Shown here piece after piece: positions 39,701 to 54,700 of a stretch of DNA of 64,000 bases. How positions within the stretch are numbered: the stretch's first letter is position 1; each line of letters begins with the position of its first letter. Under the pieces are notes generated by a model. It did no database searches and had not been told where the DNA came from. It saw only the letters and a list, made by a program, of their open reading frames with translations. The stretch covers positions 44,144,001-44,208,000 of the forward strand of contig NC_043001.1 of assembly GCF_006345805.1 (NCBI RefSeq), in the 5' to 3' direction. The stretch comes from Octopus sinensis. Taxonomy: Eukaryota. The position numbers and the translations under genes are program-made.

Positions 39701-42700
39701 AGTGTCTCGCATGCTTCAAGTAATACCAGCGTCAAGGGGTTAACAAGGAATGTCAAAAATCATTGTTTTTGTTTTGTTTTCATTCTTGCACATTCACATT
39801 CGTCTATACATCAATCAACTTTCTCATTTTTTATCTAATTTTCATGCTGGCATGGTTTGGATGGTTTGACAGGTTTCAACAAGTTCTCAGTTTTGGTTTG
39901 GTTTCTATGGCTTCCTTACACCAACTAATTTACAAAATGTACTGGGAGCATTTTTTCATCATACCGGCTGTGTAGAGGTTGCCTTGCCCTTCACTCCCAA
40001 TACTGAAGAGACCTCTCAAATCTGTGTTGTTTCTAATCTATATATATATAAAACTGTAGTTGTGTGCGTGTCTGTCCCCTTCGATTTAGATTCCTAACTA
40101 CTCCCACATTTTGCGGTGCAGTTTAACCAAATTCGGGTATCTTATAGTCGTGATTCATATCGAGCCCGTCTGAGTATTAGCGCACGTCTACGATGAGTCT
40201 ACGATTTTAAAAATAATTTAACATCATTTTTTATTCCATTTTAATGCATAATTTTTCGTGTGTCGATGGCGGCGGAGTTGGCGTGCATGATCACACCTGC
40301 ACCTGTTTGCTTCTCCCCCTTCTTTCCTCCCTCGTGAAGCTGTGGGGAAGGGAGTGTAAGGAAATCAACGTCGTAAAGCGTTGTCAAGGAGACCAGCGTT
40401 CTTTTAGAACAACGACTTCATGGCTTGAAGACACCAAAACAGAAATGGCTAAGAAAGCCCAAATTGGCATCTATAAGGGAAATAACTCTCTAAAAATGCT
40501 TATATAGTTATTCCCTTACAAACCCCAGCAACGCCGGGCGATACTGCTAGTATATATTAAAAAAAGAGTAAGGCAGTGGACTGGCAGAATTGTTAGCATG
40601 CCAGTCAGAATGCTTAGCAGCATTTCATCTATCTTCATGTTCTGAATTCAAATTCCACCAAGGTCAACTTTACCTTTCATCCTTTTGGGGTCAGTAAAAC
40701 AAGTACCAGTCGAACATTGTGTGATGTAATTGATTTACTCCCTTCCAGGAACTTGCTGGCCTTGTGCCAAAATTTGAAACCATTATATAATCAAAGGGCT
40801 TCCTACAACTTCCATCTACCAAATTTACTCACAGGGCTTTGGTTAGTCCAGAGCTATGGTAGAAAACACTTCGTCAAGGCTCTATGCAGTAGCATTAAAC
40901 CCAAAGTCACATCAAACTTCTTAACTTCAGAGCCTGGCCTGTGCCTAAAATTCACAAATGTCTTTAATATACATATGAACTCTTTAGAACCAATGACTTT
41001 CTAACAAAATATCAGTTGCAAGTGGATTGCTTTCAAAAGGGTTAATGTAATTGCTTGTCTTTGATAAAAGGTTCAGTCAGTTTCTGATTGAAACTTTTAT
41101 AAAGAATTTGATAAGACTTTTGATAGAAATTTCTGTCAATTTCTAATATAGAAGCAATTTTAAAAATCTAGAAAACCCATTTAAATATTCTCTTCTTTTA
41201 TATTCTTATTGTTTTGCATGTTAATTGAATTTTTGCTTTTCTTCTCCTGTTTCCTAGAACCTTAGAATTTTAACTGAATGTTTCTGCCACATTATAATGG
41301 ACCTTTGTTTTCATTGATTTCAGTGGCCAAGTGTGAATTCTTTAATTCTGGTGGCAGTGTAAAAGATAGGATTGGCTTGTGCATGGTAGAGGAAGCTGAA
41401 GAGAAAGGCTACTTGAAACCTGGAGATGTTTTGATTGAACCTACATCAGGAAACACGGGTCAGATTCACATTTTACATATCTTTTTTTTTTATTTATTCC
41501 ATTTCAGATAAATATCTAGTAAATACATTGATGTATTTTGATCTGCTTCAACCCTGCTCAAACACACCTATGATCAAAGACATTCCAGTTATGACCAGCT
41601 CATCTTTATTTGTAAGATGGTGTATCTTGAAGGGAGATATGATGCTCAAACTGCTATTTGTAGCAGTTTAAGTAATCATATACAGCAGGGGCCAACAAAC
41701 TATTACCCAAAGCCTCATTTTATTTGGCCTATCAATAATACTGAACATCTAATATTGCAGACCAACATTCTTTTTCTTTTTTATCCATCTTTAGTGAGCA
41801 AAGAATAAAATTCTCTCCAGTTTATTCCTATATTAAAAGTAATGTCTTCATAGTACTTGCTGAAATAGTGATGAATGAATCACTAAGTACAAGAATAATT
41901 TTCATTTTAAACTGAAAACTAATGTTAGTGATCTGAGGATATAATTCAGTTGAATTGACTTTCTCTTTCCACTTGGAAAGGAAAGTAAGTGCTCCCTCCC
42001 AGTGAATTTGTAAAAAGATAGGTGACTGTGGGGAAATGGTTAGTGTGTATGGCCCTACACTAAGTATGCATCTGTAGATTGAAGAGCTGGAGAGAGGGCT
42101 TGTACTTTTGGTGGTCAGGGTAATCCTGGATTTGTGGAGTTCCTTGATTGGCCCTGTTTTCAGTTACTCCTGCGTCAGAAGGGCTGCATCCTTCATGTTA
42201 TCACATACCTTGTATACTATATATATTTTTTTGCATTTCACTGACTTTATGTAAATCCCCACAAAAATTGCTTTTGGTCCTTGTGATGTCCCCCTCACTT
42301 ATGCCCCTGTGGCTAATAAAAGATACTACTACTACTACTATTATTATTATTATTATTATTATTATTGGTGGTGGTGGTGTTTATTTTATTGTCCTTGCTT
42401 TGGTTTGATTGAAAAGTTTGTGGAAGAGTTTGATAAGTTAACATGTGAAGAGTAAACAATCTGACATTTCAAGTTTCTGCTCTTTATCTGAGAGAGAGAG
42501 AGATCTGGCTGGGTGGGTGGGTTATTTTTGGAAAGTAAAATGGTTCTGAGAATAAGTTACTTAGATACGTCATCATCATCATCTTTTAGCATCCACTTTT
42601 TCTTGCTTGCATGAGTCAAACAGAGTTTGCTGAGGCAGTTTTTCTATAGTTAGATGCCCTTCCTGACACCAAACCTCACCTGTTTCTAAGCAAGGTAATA

Positions 42701-45700
42701 TTTCCCTATGGTCAGACATGTTTTTCAGAAGAGATTTGAAATAAGCAACATGAAAAACAATGTTTGAGTTAATGTTAATATATTTAATGCAGGCAGTTTA
42801 AAAAAAAAACAAAAAAAAAACAGAAATAAATGTATTATGAGAGAAAAAAAATTAAAATTAGTTACTGAATAATATTATTTTCATTTTACTAGCATATATG
42901 GGGGACAACTTCAAGCATATTTCACTCTTATCATGACCTCATCTATAAAGAAAAACCTTGACACTATTCACTGAAATTGTGTGAAAGAATCACAAAGTAA
43001 CTGTAGAAGACTGTGCCATGATTTGCATATTAAAAAATATATAATTGCCTTGAGGAATAAGTAATTAAGAAACACTCTCCACATGAGAAACAGTAATGAA
43101 ATTAGTTTTAACATTTAATGCAGGTGACACACACACAAAAAAATTAACTAGAAATTATTTCATTATTAGGGCCTTTTCATCTCACTGTGTAATAATAATT
43201 TATTTTATTTTTTAGGAATTGGTATTGCCCTTTCTGCAGCAGTTAAAGGTTACCGATGCATCATAGTGTTGCCAGAGAAAATGAGTACAGAAAAAGTTAG
43301 TTTGTTACATACTTTTTCACTTAACACACAATATTTTAACCATCTTATTTAAGTTTTTCCAGAAAGTTGAACATAAATAAGTATCTATGCACATCTCTTA
43401 CTGTCTAAGTTGTTTAATAGTTTGTTTATATGAAGTCTTGGTCAGAGAGGGTTACAACAATTGCTGTGATGCCCAAAAGTTTGATAGTTCACATATCATT
43501 ACTACTGCATTGTAATGGTGATACATTTTACTGTAAATACCTGAGTCAATTTATCTGTAAACCACCATCATCATTGTTTAATTTCCGCTTTCCATGCTGG
43601 CATGGGTTGGACAGTTTGACTGGTAAGCCAGGGAGTGCACCGGGTTCCAATCTGATTTGGCAAGGTTTCTACAATTGGATCTCCTTCCTAATGCCAACTA
43701 CTCCAAGAGTGTAGTGGGTACTTTTTATGTGTCACTAGCATGGGTGCCATTGACATGACACCAGCATCAGCCACGATTATCATCTTACTTGGCTTGACAG
43801 GTCTACACCAGCATGATATATCGCCAAAGGTCTTAGTCGCCTGTCATTACCTCCATGAGGCCCAATGCTACAGGTTACTGTTGTCTCCCTTGCCACCAAC
43901 CGCTTCCTTCCAATCAATTCAACATGTGAGATTGTTAATCCAGACATATTTTTTCTCTGTCTTCATTCCCTTTTGAAGAACATAGGCTTGAAGCATCAAA
44001 AATTCTTCCATTTTCCTGAGCATCGCACCTTGTTTGTTGTTCTCTCACTGGTCTCTGACTTATGTTTTTTGTTTTGTTTTTGTTTTTTGTACATTTTGAA
44101 CCATATAGCTTTTATATGTAGGTTGATGTCCTCCGCGGTCTTGGTGCTGAAATTGTGAGAACCCCTACCAGTGCAGCATTTGATTCACCAGAATCTCACA
44201 TTGGTGTGGCTCGCCGTTTAATGGAGGAAATTCCAAATGCACATATCCTTGATCAGGTAAATATTTTCATCATCATTGGCTAATGTAGAGACAAAGCAAT
44301 GGGCTGAAGGGGGCGAGGCATAAGGAAGGGCACTCAATGATTTAGTTTAAGGGGACAAGACAACAGCAGCATGAGTCTTATTCAATAGTACAAAGGCACA
44401 GTTAATGTACATATTAAAGAAATGCACTCTTTTCTCTTAGATACACACTTAAAACCTTTACAGTTCCTATATATGCTATATCTCAATGATTGATGATCTC
44501 TCATAATGATCATGTATTAACATTATAGCATACTAAAGGCCAGGCTTTCTCCTCACAGCCAGATACTACTTGAACTCTGAACAATCAAAAGCCCTATACA
44601 AAGTAAAACTGCATTCCATATCGTAATACTACATACATATCCAGGATCTAACTTCATAACCTCTACAAAATAAGCCATGGCTGTGTGATTAAGAAGCTCT
44701 TTGTGACCATGTGGTTTTGAGTTCAGTCCCACTGTATGGCACTTGGGCAACTGTTTTTTAGAATAACCCTGACTTGTAACATTGATTAACAGAAATTGTG
44801 TGGTAAAAAACCATCATATGTATAGGGTACGATGGGTAAATAGTCACCATTTTCTATTTTTATTTTGTGCATTGCTTTTGATTTTGTAGACTACACAGTA
44901 TAGTAGGGTTAGTTGGGCACTGTCTGTGAGAAAACCAACACCATGATGCAATTCATTCTGCTAGAAATTTAGAAACAACATGCTGTACTGCTTGCATTCA
45001 TGCCGGAAACTCCAATAGAAACATTTCATAGTGTTTGGGTATCAATCTTAGGACATGTACTGAGAGTGATAAAAATATCAGCCAACATTTTATCAATAGT
45101 GCACCAGCAAGGTAGTTTATATTCAGTATTTTGAAGTGCTGTACGCAATACTTGCTGAAGACCATCAGTTTCAACTATCGATATTGGTCTACCACTATTA
45201 GCTATCCAGTTTGCAAGTGATATTTTAATGTCACATTGTATGGTAGCATTCACCAGATGATGAGACTGACGATAAAACTGACTTAAAGTAGTCTGCTTGA
45301 AGGTAGATGACACCACCGCTGTAGACTGACTAAATGAAATTGACTTTGCGAGGCGAGGTTTCGAATACTGTAGCAAGTGTTTGTTTTGAAGATCGTCGTC
45401 TCTCTTGCACACCACATCTGATGCTTCTTAGGTCCAACTTTTCTCTCAAGGTACTTACACTCTCTCGAGTATGCGCACCGACATTACACATCCATCGGAG
45501 CATAATGGCTTCATTCTTTGCAAGCTTACACATCCTCAGCAGTCACGGCCCATATTTCACTGCCATGTAGCATGGCTGTTCGTACACATGTGTCATACAG
45601 TCTACCTTTTACTCCGAGTGGGAGGCCCTTTGTCTCTAGCAGAGGTAAGAGCTCTCTGAACTTTGCCCAGGCTATTCTTATTCTTGCAGCTACACTTTCA

Positions 45701-48700
45701 GCACACCCTCCCCCACTACTGACTTGGTCACCTAGGTAACGGAAGCTATCAACTACTTCTAGTTTTTCTCCCTGGAATGTGGCGAAAGTTGTTCTCTGCA
45801 CATTTTCAGTGTTTATTGCTCCTGAGCATCTGTCACATACAAAAACTATCTTCCCAGTTAATCTTCTTTTGATATTGCTGCACCTTCTATGTGTCCATAG
45901 CTTACACTGGGTACATCTTATAGAGTTTCTATCTACGCCTTTTCTACAGATTGAGCAGGGCCATCTACCTGAAGGGATTTGTGGTTTGCCTGCCTTTCTA
46001 CTTATTAGGACTTTGGCGAGCTGGCAGAAACATTAGCACGCCGCGAAATGCGTAACTGTATTTTGTCTGCCGTTACATTCTGAGTTCAAATTCCGCTGAG
46101 GTCGACTTCGCCTTTCATCCTTTCAGGGTTGATAAATTAAGTACCAGTTATGCACTGGGGTCGATATAATCGACTTAATCCATTTGTCTGTCTTTGTTTG
46201 TCCTCTCTGTGTGTAGTAAAGAAATAGGTTTTAGCTAGGTTGACTCTAAGGCCCTTCAATTCTAATCCTTGTTTCCAGACCTGAAACTTCTCCTCTGGTT
46301 CTAATAGTGACTCAGCAATTAGAGCAAGGTCATCAGCATAGAGGAGCTCCCAGGGGCATCCTGTCTTGAATTCCTCTGTTATTGTCTGGAGGGCTATGAT
46401 AAATAGGAGGGGACTGAGGACTGAACCTTGGTGGAATTCTTCACTGTACTCATTGCCAACCCTCACCTTACTGACAGCGTCCCTGTACATGGCTTGCACA
46501 GCTCTCACTAACCATTCATCTATCCCTAGTTTCCTCATTGACCACCAGATAAGGGATTGGGGGACCCTGTCAAAGGCTTTCTCCATGTCAACGAAAGCCA
46601 GGTACAGAGGTTTATCTTTGGCTAGGTATTTCTCCTGCAGCTGTCTTACCAGAAATATAACATCAGTGATGCTTTTCCATATATATTTCAGTATCGTAAT
46701 CCCATGAATCCAGTTGCACATTATGATGGCACTGCTGAAGAAATTTTAAAAGATACAGATGGTAAGTCTGTTGATTTGTTTTTTCCTTTTACATATAAAA
46801 GCACTTAGAGAACATTTAGTTCTCAGATTGATCTGCTAAAGGTATTGGATAAATGATCCCTCTATAGGTGAAACTCCAGAAATAGTACTGATATTTATTA
46901 TGATAAAGAAGACAAAAGAAAATTATAGCATGGAGGACATATGAGGATTACTAAAAGAGAAAATGTTGTAAGCCACTAATAAGTTCTATGGCTGGAGAAA
47001 GGCTTCATCCAAGAAGTAGGTGACATGGTGGTGGGATAATACACAAAGTAAATATTGCTGTATGAGCAAAGTGACAGGCCTCCAAGTAGTGGGAGAAAAG
47101 GAATAGCAAGGAGTGATAAGATGGTATGTGAGAAGTAAAATATCAGAAGTCTCTACCCAAGAGAAAAAGCTGAAAGTGGGAGGTTTACTATTGTTCTGAA
47201 CCATAAAAATGAGAAATATGAATTATTCCAAATTTCAAAGCACTGCATTCATATGAATCAGAATGTTCTTGAGGGTGGAGTGTGTCTAAAAGAACACTGG
47301 TACTATTTACTTCCAGTGGTAGGGGAAAGAAAGAGGCATGGAAATGCTACAATGTTTGGTTGTTGAGTGGAACATGTAGGACTTCCCAAGAGGAATTGAC
47401 CAAGAGACAACTATTGAGATATCTTTGGCAAGGTTAGTAAAGCTGTTAAGGAATTTTCAGTTGGAAAAGGAGCAGATCTATTTCAGTTAGTTACTGAGAT
47501 GTTGAAGACATCATGTTATATAAATCCTATACTAATTATTTGCCAAGTTAATCAGATTGTGTGGGGAAGGGCTGATTTAAGTTTTAGTAAAGTTAATTCA
47601 GAGTAAAAGTAATATGGATAAGATACAGTTTATAATCACTAGTGATGTGTTTCTTGTGAGATAATTGCAAGAAAATTCCATAACTTAGAAGCAGCTTCTC
47701 TACTTTGTCAATCTTTTGAGAAAGTTCCTCATTTTGGTGAATATCCAGCAAACTAAATGTAGATTGATGATTTGTAAAAGTTGTATGAGAATGGTTTTTG
47801 TAAGATTAGGTAGGATTAGTGATGAAGTATTTTGGAAATAAGTCTGTATACAAAAGCTGGTTCTTTGTCTACCTTTTATTCATTCTGGTCCTTGAGAATG
47901 CAAGAGTTCAAGAGGACTGATCATCCTTACAATTAAGCTGATGATCTAGTTCTAATGGCAGAATTTGTTCAAAAGTTGAAGTAAAGATTCCAAATCTTGG
48001 ATAATAGTTTAAGCAGCCTAAAAGTCAGTATATGAAAGGCTAAAGTGGTTGTTATGCGAGAAAACCTGAATCCCAGAGCCACTTGGGAAGTGGTTCTGCC
48101 TGATGCTTTGGCAAGGGTAAGATAGAAAGTCAGTGCATACAACATGTGCAGAAATATTTTTGTGTGGTTGGTAAAGTCAAGACTAGATTTACCAATGAGA
48201 AAAAGGGAGAAATTAATTTGAACATTACTCGAGCATCATGAAACAAAGAGCACAGAAAAACAAACTTTTGTATAGTTAGAAATTAGCAGAATCACTCCGG
48301 CCCTTGTAGAATAATTTAATAATTGGAGCTCATGTAGAATGATTTGAAAGTAAATCATATAAACTGAAACAAATTCAACGGCTTCAAACGGTTGTGTTAC
48401 TCAAAAAAGAAAAGTACATATACAAATGCACATACACACATGCACATGCCTGTGCACACTCATGCACATGCATGCTCACACAATGTACATGCACATGCAT
48501 GTGTACACTCACACACACACATGTGCACGCGCTCACACACACACATACATTAATGATATTTATTGTCTAAACTTATCTATCTTAAACTTAAATAGTAGCA
48601 AAGATGTAAGCCATGACTAGTTTTTATGTTCATTTTATTAGGACTTAATTGACACTAGTGCAAATATCACTAATCTGACATTGTCACTTTGACTTTTTCA

Positions 48701-51700
48701 GGTAAAGTTGACATGGTTGTTATGGGAGCTGGAACTGGAGGTACAGTCACTGGTATTGCCCGAAAGATTAAGGAAAGATGCCCAAACTGTAAAGTGAGTA
48801 TATCTGTATAGAAGAAAAATATAGTTTTGCGCAAATATTTAATATAGCTAATCAATTAAGAAAAAATGGTAGTCAAATTGCTGGTTAGTAGTAACTAATC
48901 CACACTACCAGTTTAACAACATAAAACCTCAAAGAATTAAGCTGGACTGGATTCCCTTATTGTTTTGATGAATGAGGGTTCAGCAGGGCACATTGCTCTT
49001 AGTTCAATGTTTTGTTGTGCCATCTCCTGTGGGAATTCAGGCACATCTGGTTGCCTACATTGCATAAGTTTTTTTTGTCATTTGGAAGCAGACTGAATCC
49101 AGCTCTGTGTCAGGCTCTTCTCTCCTTCAGGGCATTAATCCTGGCTGCTTCAAGTTGGAAATGGCTTGGTAGCAAGAGCTTCTCTGAGCTCTGTTTTGTG
49201 CCTCCAGTTCCCATGTCTTCAGGTTTCTCTTGCAAATTTTCCAGCAAGTCTTTAGAGTGTTCTTATAATGGAGCAGTGAGTGACTTTGGTGCCTGACATC
49301 AAAGCTAAGCTGACTATAAAAGGGGGCTTTAGGTGAGCTAATGTCTCACATGCAGGCTACATGGACAGCCAACAACTGTTGGCTTTGGTATGGAAACTCT
49401 TTATGCCTAGAATATCACATCTTCCAAGAACCTGTGTTGGGTACTCTATTCTGTCACTTGATGTTGCAAATTGAATGGAAGGTAGCCATTTAAATGTGAG
49501 AATTAATTATTTGAAATGTTCATGTGTAGTATTTCTTGCTAAATAATAAAGTTAGCAATTATAAATAAATGCAAAGATATGTGTATTCTCAATTTTTCCT
49601 ATATTTTTCATCAATTATTCTTTCTCATGAGGATCCCCCTCACTTTTACTTAAAACTGTTTTTACTCTTCTAAATGTTTCACTGTTTACTACTTTGCTTG
49701 CTCTCTCTCTCCCTCCTCCCTCTCTCTCTCCCCCATATTATTATTTGACTCTGACCTTATCGTGCCATGTCAGTCCTAGAGATTTACTGACTCATTTACA
49801 CTTTTGTTTCTAGATCATTGGAGTCGATCCAGAAGGTTCTATTCTAGCTGAACCAGAAGAAATAAACAAAACTGACACAACTTTTTATGAAGTTGAAGGC
49901 ATTGGATATGACTTTGTTCCAACAGTCTGTGATAGATCAGTAAGTTGAAAAAAAATGACATTTAAAATAGTTCTCTTTTATCTTTTACATGTTTCAGTCA
50001 TCAGACTGCTGCCATGCTGGGGTACCACCTTAAAGAATTTTAAGTCAAATGCATCGATTCCAGTAATTTTTTAAAGTCTGATACTTATTCTGTTGGTCTC
50101 TTTTGCTGAACTGTTATGTTACAAGGATGTATATAAACCAACACCAGTTGTTAAGCAGTGGTGGAGGACAAACACTGACACAAAGACACACACACACACA
50201 TAGATATATCATTCAACTACGGTAGCAGTTGGATAATATTCTTAAGGCCGCAATTTTCTCACATGCAGCATCTTTCCGAGCTTGTTGCTAATTCAGTTCT
50301 TAACCGATTTGAAAACTGGTAACATTTTTGAAGAGGAATTGTCCCTAGCTACATTTTGGCATAAAAAAATTGAGACTTGGTCCAGTAGAAAAAAGTTCAC
50401 CTCAAAATTTGTAGCAACATTATAGTAATGCCTCCAATCAAGTTTAGATCTAAATAACATTTTTACTTTAAAAGCAAAATATATTTATCTTAGTTTCAAT
50501 GATAGAAGAAGGCATGAAGAATTTCATAGTTTTGGTCCTATGCAACAAAAATTAGTATGAAAAAAGTTGTGAGGTAAAATATCATGCAAAAAAATATAAG
50601 GCATAAAATTGGATTTAAGTATAATTAACTTTTTTGATTTCAATAACAAACTATATTTTAATTAAGCTTAAATGATAGGGGAATTTCATGGTGAAAAAGT
50701 TAGTGTTTGTTTCTCAAATTTGAGGGTGATAATATAGTTCTATACTTCTCTTATGAATATAGTTCTATAAGGGGACTTTTAATATATGTTACCGGCATCA
50801 TTGAAGTAAGGAAAAAATTATCAATGACACCGCTAATTGACACATTATTAATTAGCATAATTGCATAACCTGGAAAAAACATGGATTACATGGAAAAATG
50901 CAAGCAAAAGAAATAATATTCTTAAGATTATAAACCTGGAAAAGTACAGGACAAGTTATTACACTTGGAAAAGGTCAGGACAAGTTATTGCATCTGGTAA
51001 AGTACAGACCAAGAAAATTTTTACTTAAAATGTTGCAGTTAAAGATAAAATTTAAATATTAAAAATTATTTAAATTTAATTTACAAAGTAACATTATAAT
51101 TAAAAATAGGTACCATCATTTTGTTAAAATATTCACACACTAGAATACTTAAAAAATGAGCCAGAAGTACCAATACAGCTAAAGTTTTATGCAAAGTGCT
51201 CATGTCTGCACTTAAAATTTTCCCTTGTTTGTGTTAAACTGAACTTAAATACATGTTACTATTTTCTATTTGTAGATATGTTCTTAAATAATTTAAAGAC
51301 TCCTCATTTTAATCATAGTTTCTATAATAATTAAAAATCATATTCATCTGGTGAATCGTTTTGATACAATTTTTAAATTTTAAATTTAAGTTTGTCAAGC
51401 AAGTATAATAGACATAAGCCAGTTTTTCATATTTCAGAGTTTTTGGTAAGATGGTGGGTCATTTCTTGAAAAAGATATGACTTATAATTCTTGAAGCTTG
51501 TCAACCGCATAGAGGGTTTTTTAAGAATATGATTCTACATAAGTAGATGGTATGGTATATCTTGTACAACTGTAGCCATTGTTTAACTGATTACTTGTGT
51601 GGTATAAACCGGATCAACAAAACTGACTTGGTGTTAAATAACAAAAAACATGTTATTGATAATCAATGATTTTATATACCTATATTCAAGCTCCACTATA

Positions 51701-54700
51701 ACTCTGGTGATAAGACTCAAAATAAGTGAATGCTATGAGCAATAGTGGAGTGATGTGAGATTTCTGTGCTTTTCTTCTGTCAACTTATCTCTACCCACAA
51801 TATCTTAATTGTAAGATCAATAAACTGTATCAAATTTACATACAATGTATAAGTATACAAATAGCAAACTTGTTAATGTATTTGTAGTAATGCACGTGAA
51901 TATACATATAATAAAATATATGATCACTTTTTTTTTAATAAATATAATTCTGTTTTTAGTCTAAGTTTTATGAGAGGATTTATGCTTTCAAAATGATATT
52001 TATTGGTTACATTCGATCATTCATTAAACCTTCATCACACTGATTGATAAATTATTTTCTATGTAACTTCCAGGTGGTTGACAAATGGTATAAAACCAAT
52101 GATAGGGACTCTTTGATAATGTCTCGACGTTTGATAAAAGAAGAAGGCCTTCTCTGTGGTAAGAATCAACATTAACCATAAAATTTCATTGTTTTAAAAG
52201 TCTCTTTCCTATGCTGCTGTATGACTAAATCTGGTGGCTTTATCCCTTTTGCCTCATTTACAGAGGTTGTCCTCTGTAACAGCGGCTTAAACTGTAATAT
52301 CATCGCTTTTATTGGATTCTCAGAGGAAGCAAAGCCTCTAATGATGTACAGTTGCCTGGTGGACATCAGAAGTATGTACAAAATTGTGATTATTGCACAT
52401 AAGATAGATGTGGTATGGCTTTACAGTTTAGGGTTCAAAAATTATTTCGTGACTCTTAATAATTGATCTGGAAGTTATAGCCATAATTTATGAATTTAAC
52501 TCTCGTCTCAGACATTGTATGGAGGCTTGATTGTTAAAATTCTATTTACGTCTCTCTGGATATTGAATTTTGTTGTCTTTTAGAAAGAATATGGGATTGT
52601 AAAGCTAACTTCTGCAAGAATTCTTAGAAAATTCTTGGCTTTCAAACTTCTGTAAACCATTCCAGTATAAACTTTTTCTTTACATTGCAAGTTAGTTATC
52701 TGTAATATCTCATGGTTTCTGTGTAACTCTTTTTCTTCTCGACTAACTGAAACAAATATATAAATTCTGCCCCAAATATTACCTTGTTTTTTTTTCTTCC
52801 AGTTGCTGCTGTTATAATATTCAATTAACAGACCTTAAACTTCGAAATCTTTAGCCCTCTATCTCTGCATTTAATATCTTAAATTCAGGAACTAGTATAT
52901 CTATTTGCTCATTCACATCTCTCTTAGTACTTTTCCATCTGTCTTCTATTTCCATTACTTTCATCAGTATCTTTTGCTTTAAACTCTTACCTTTCATATT
53001 TCTCTAACTCATTCCTCTTTTCTCTCCCTCTCTCTTTTTAATCCTAGGTGGTAGTTCAGGTACTGCTATGTCTGCTGCAATAAAGGCAGTGAAAGAAGCT
53101 GGACTGAAAGAAGGACAACGCTGTGTTGTAATTTTACCAGATTCTATTCGAAATTACATGTAAGTATTACATTTTAGAAAATTAATCTTACTTTCATTTT
53201 CTTTCTTTTATTATATGTGAAAAGGGAAAAGAGACTTAGATGCACCTAATTTATAAAACATTGGTCCAAATTGCACTGAAAAATGGATGTAAAATGATGA
53301 TAAGCAGACCTCTCTAACCCTAGACAGATGAGAGGGACTTCATCTCCCTTGTGTTTTGTCTAGGCTTAGTTTCAATGGCTGGGTGTCCTTCCTAACACAA
53401 ACCACTGAACTGGGTTTTTTTTTTCATGTCACCAACACTAGGGAGGCAGCATACCTTCATCAATACTAAATAGTCCTCACAACCACACACTCTATAATGT
53501 GCACTGGATGGGGCTTTTTATTTTTGTGATACCAGCGCTATAGAGGTAGCCCTGTCCTCCTCTTGACTACAGGGACTCTGCAGTCCCACTTCTCTTGTCA
53601 TTCATCTATCTTTTTATAGAGAGAGAAGCATAAATGATGGAAGTATGTAGAGACATAGTTATTTGTAACTTAATGCAGTAAAGCATTCCTTGATGACCTG
53701 TTGTAGTTGACCATCTAAATGCGCAGGGACTATAATATAAACTTGTGTTTATCCTTATTTCTTACATACATACATACATGCATGCATGCAGGCTAAATCC
53801 CAGCTGTTTTCTCTTGAAGCACATCTGCTTATTCCATTATCACAATCAATATGTATCCATATTTACACTTGTATGTTAATCAAGATAACATATTAAAATT
53901 ACTGTATTACAAAACAGGAAATAATACCAAAAACTTTCTATTTTCCTGTTTTGTGACACATATATATATATATATATACTACAAAATTAGAAAATGGAGA
54001 AACATACTTAAATCAATAAAACATCAACTATCAGATGATACACAATCAATACTTTATTACACCATTACATATTAGTAAAGGCATTATACAAAATATACAG
54101 TAAATGTAAATAGACAAAGAGATATAAGTATAAAATTTCAAATATAATATGTAATTAAATCATATCTGACAGCTGTTTCGGCAGCAAGGGCAGTCATACC
54201 TCATGTAACCTATAAGCCATAAAGGCAGGTATAAATGAGGCATTAACAAGGATGCCCCACGGCCTCTTCAGAGAATTAAATTTGTTATAATTGTGAAAAA
54301 ATTATTTTTCCATATACATATAAATATAAAAATATAAAAATGTAAAATATAAAAACTTATGCATAAACTTCATAATGCTACACTTGTATAATATAATACT
54401 CATTGGTACAATAATGCAAGGTAAACAAAACAAAATAAAACAAAATATATATCAGTGTATATATTAATATTAATAAGCACAGTTATTATACATATTTGGC
54501 TAAAAGTTTTTAAAAAAACTAACACATAGGGAGATGAAAAATAATAATTAAAACCATGGTTCAGTTCATAAAATTATAAAGCTATAAAAGTCAATAAAAA
54601 TTACTATTAATATTAATAATAATAATAATAATAATAATAGATACAGTTAAGTTTGCACCAAGTCCATCCTTTCAAGATCGAAATAACTATGAGTTTAGAA

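Noticed and set aside
46980-48300. Possible further degenerate LINE in intron 7
   Set aside because: Purine-rich, repeat-like texture, but no diagnostic motif could be read with confidence.
48695-48710. Recursive splice site (CAG|GTAAAG) at the exon 8 start
   Set aside because: The sequence is dictated by conserved Gly-Lys codons and lacks +5 G; no evidence of use.
52221-52266. SECIS-like element (ATGA..stem..GA)
   Set aside because: Intronic, lacks apical AA and correct quartet register; no in-frame UGA in CBS.
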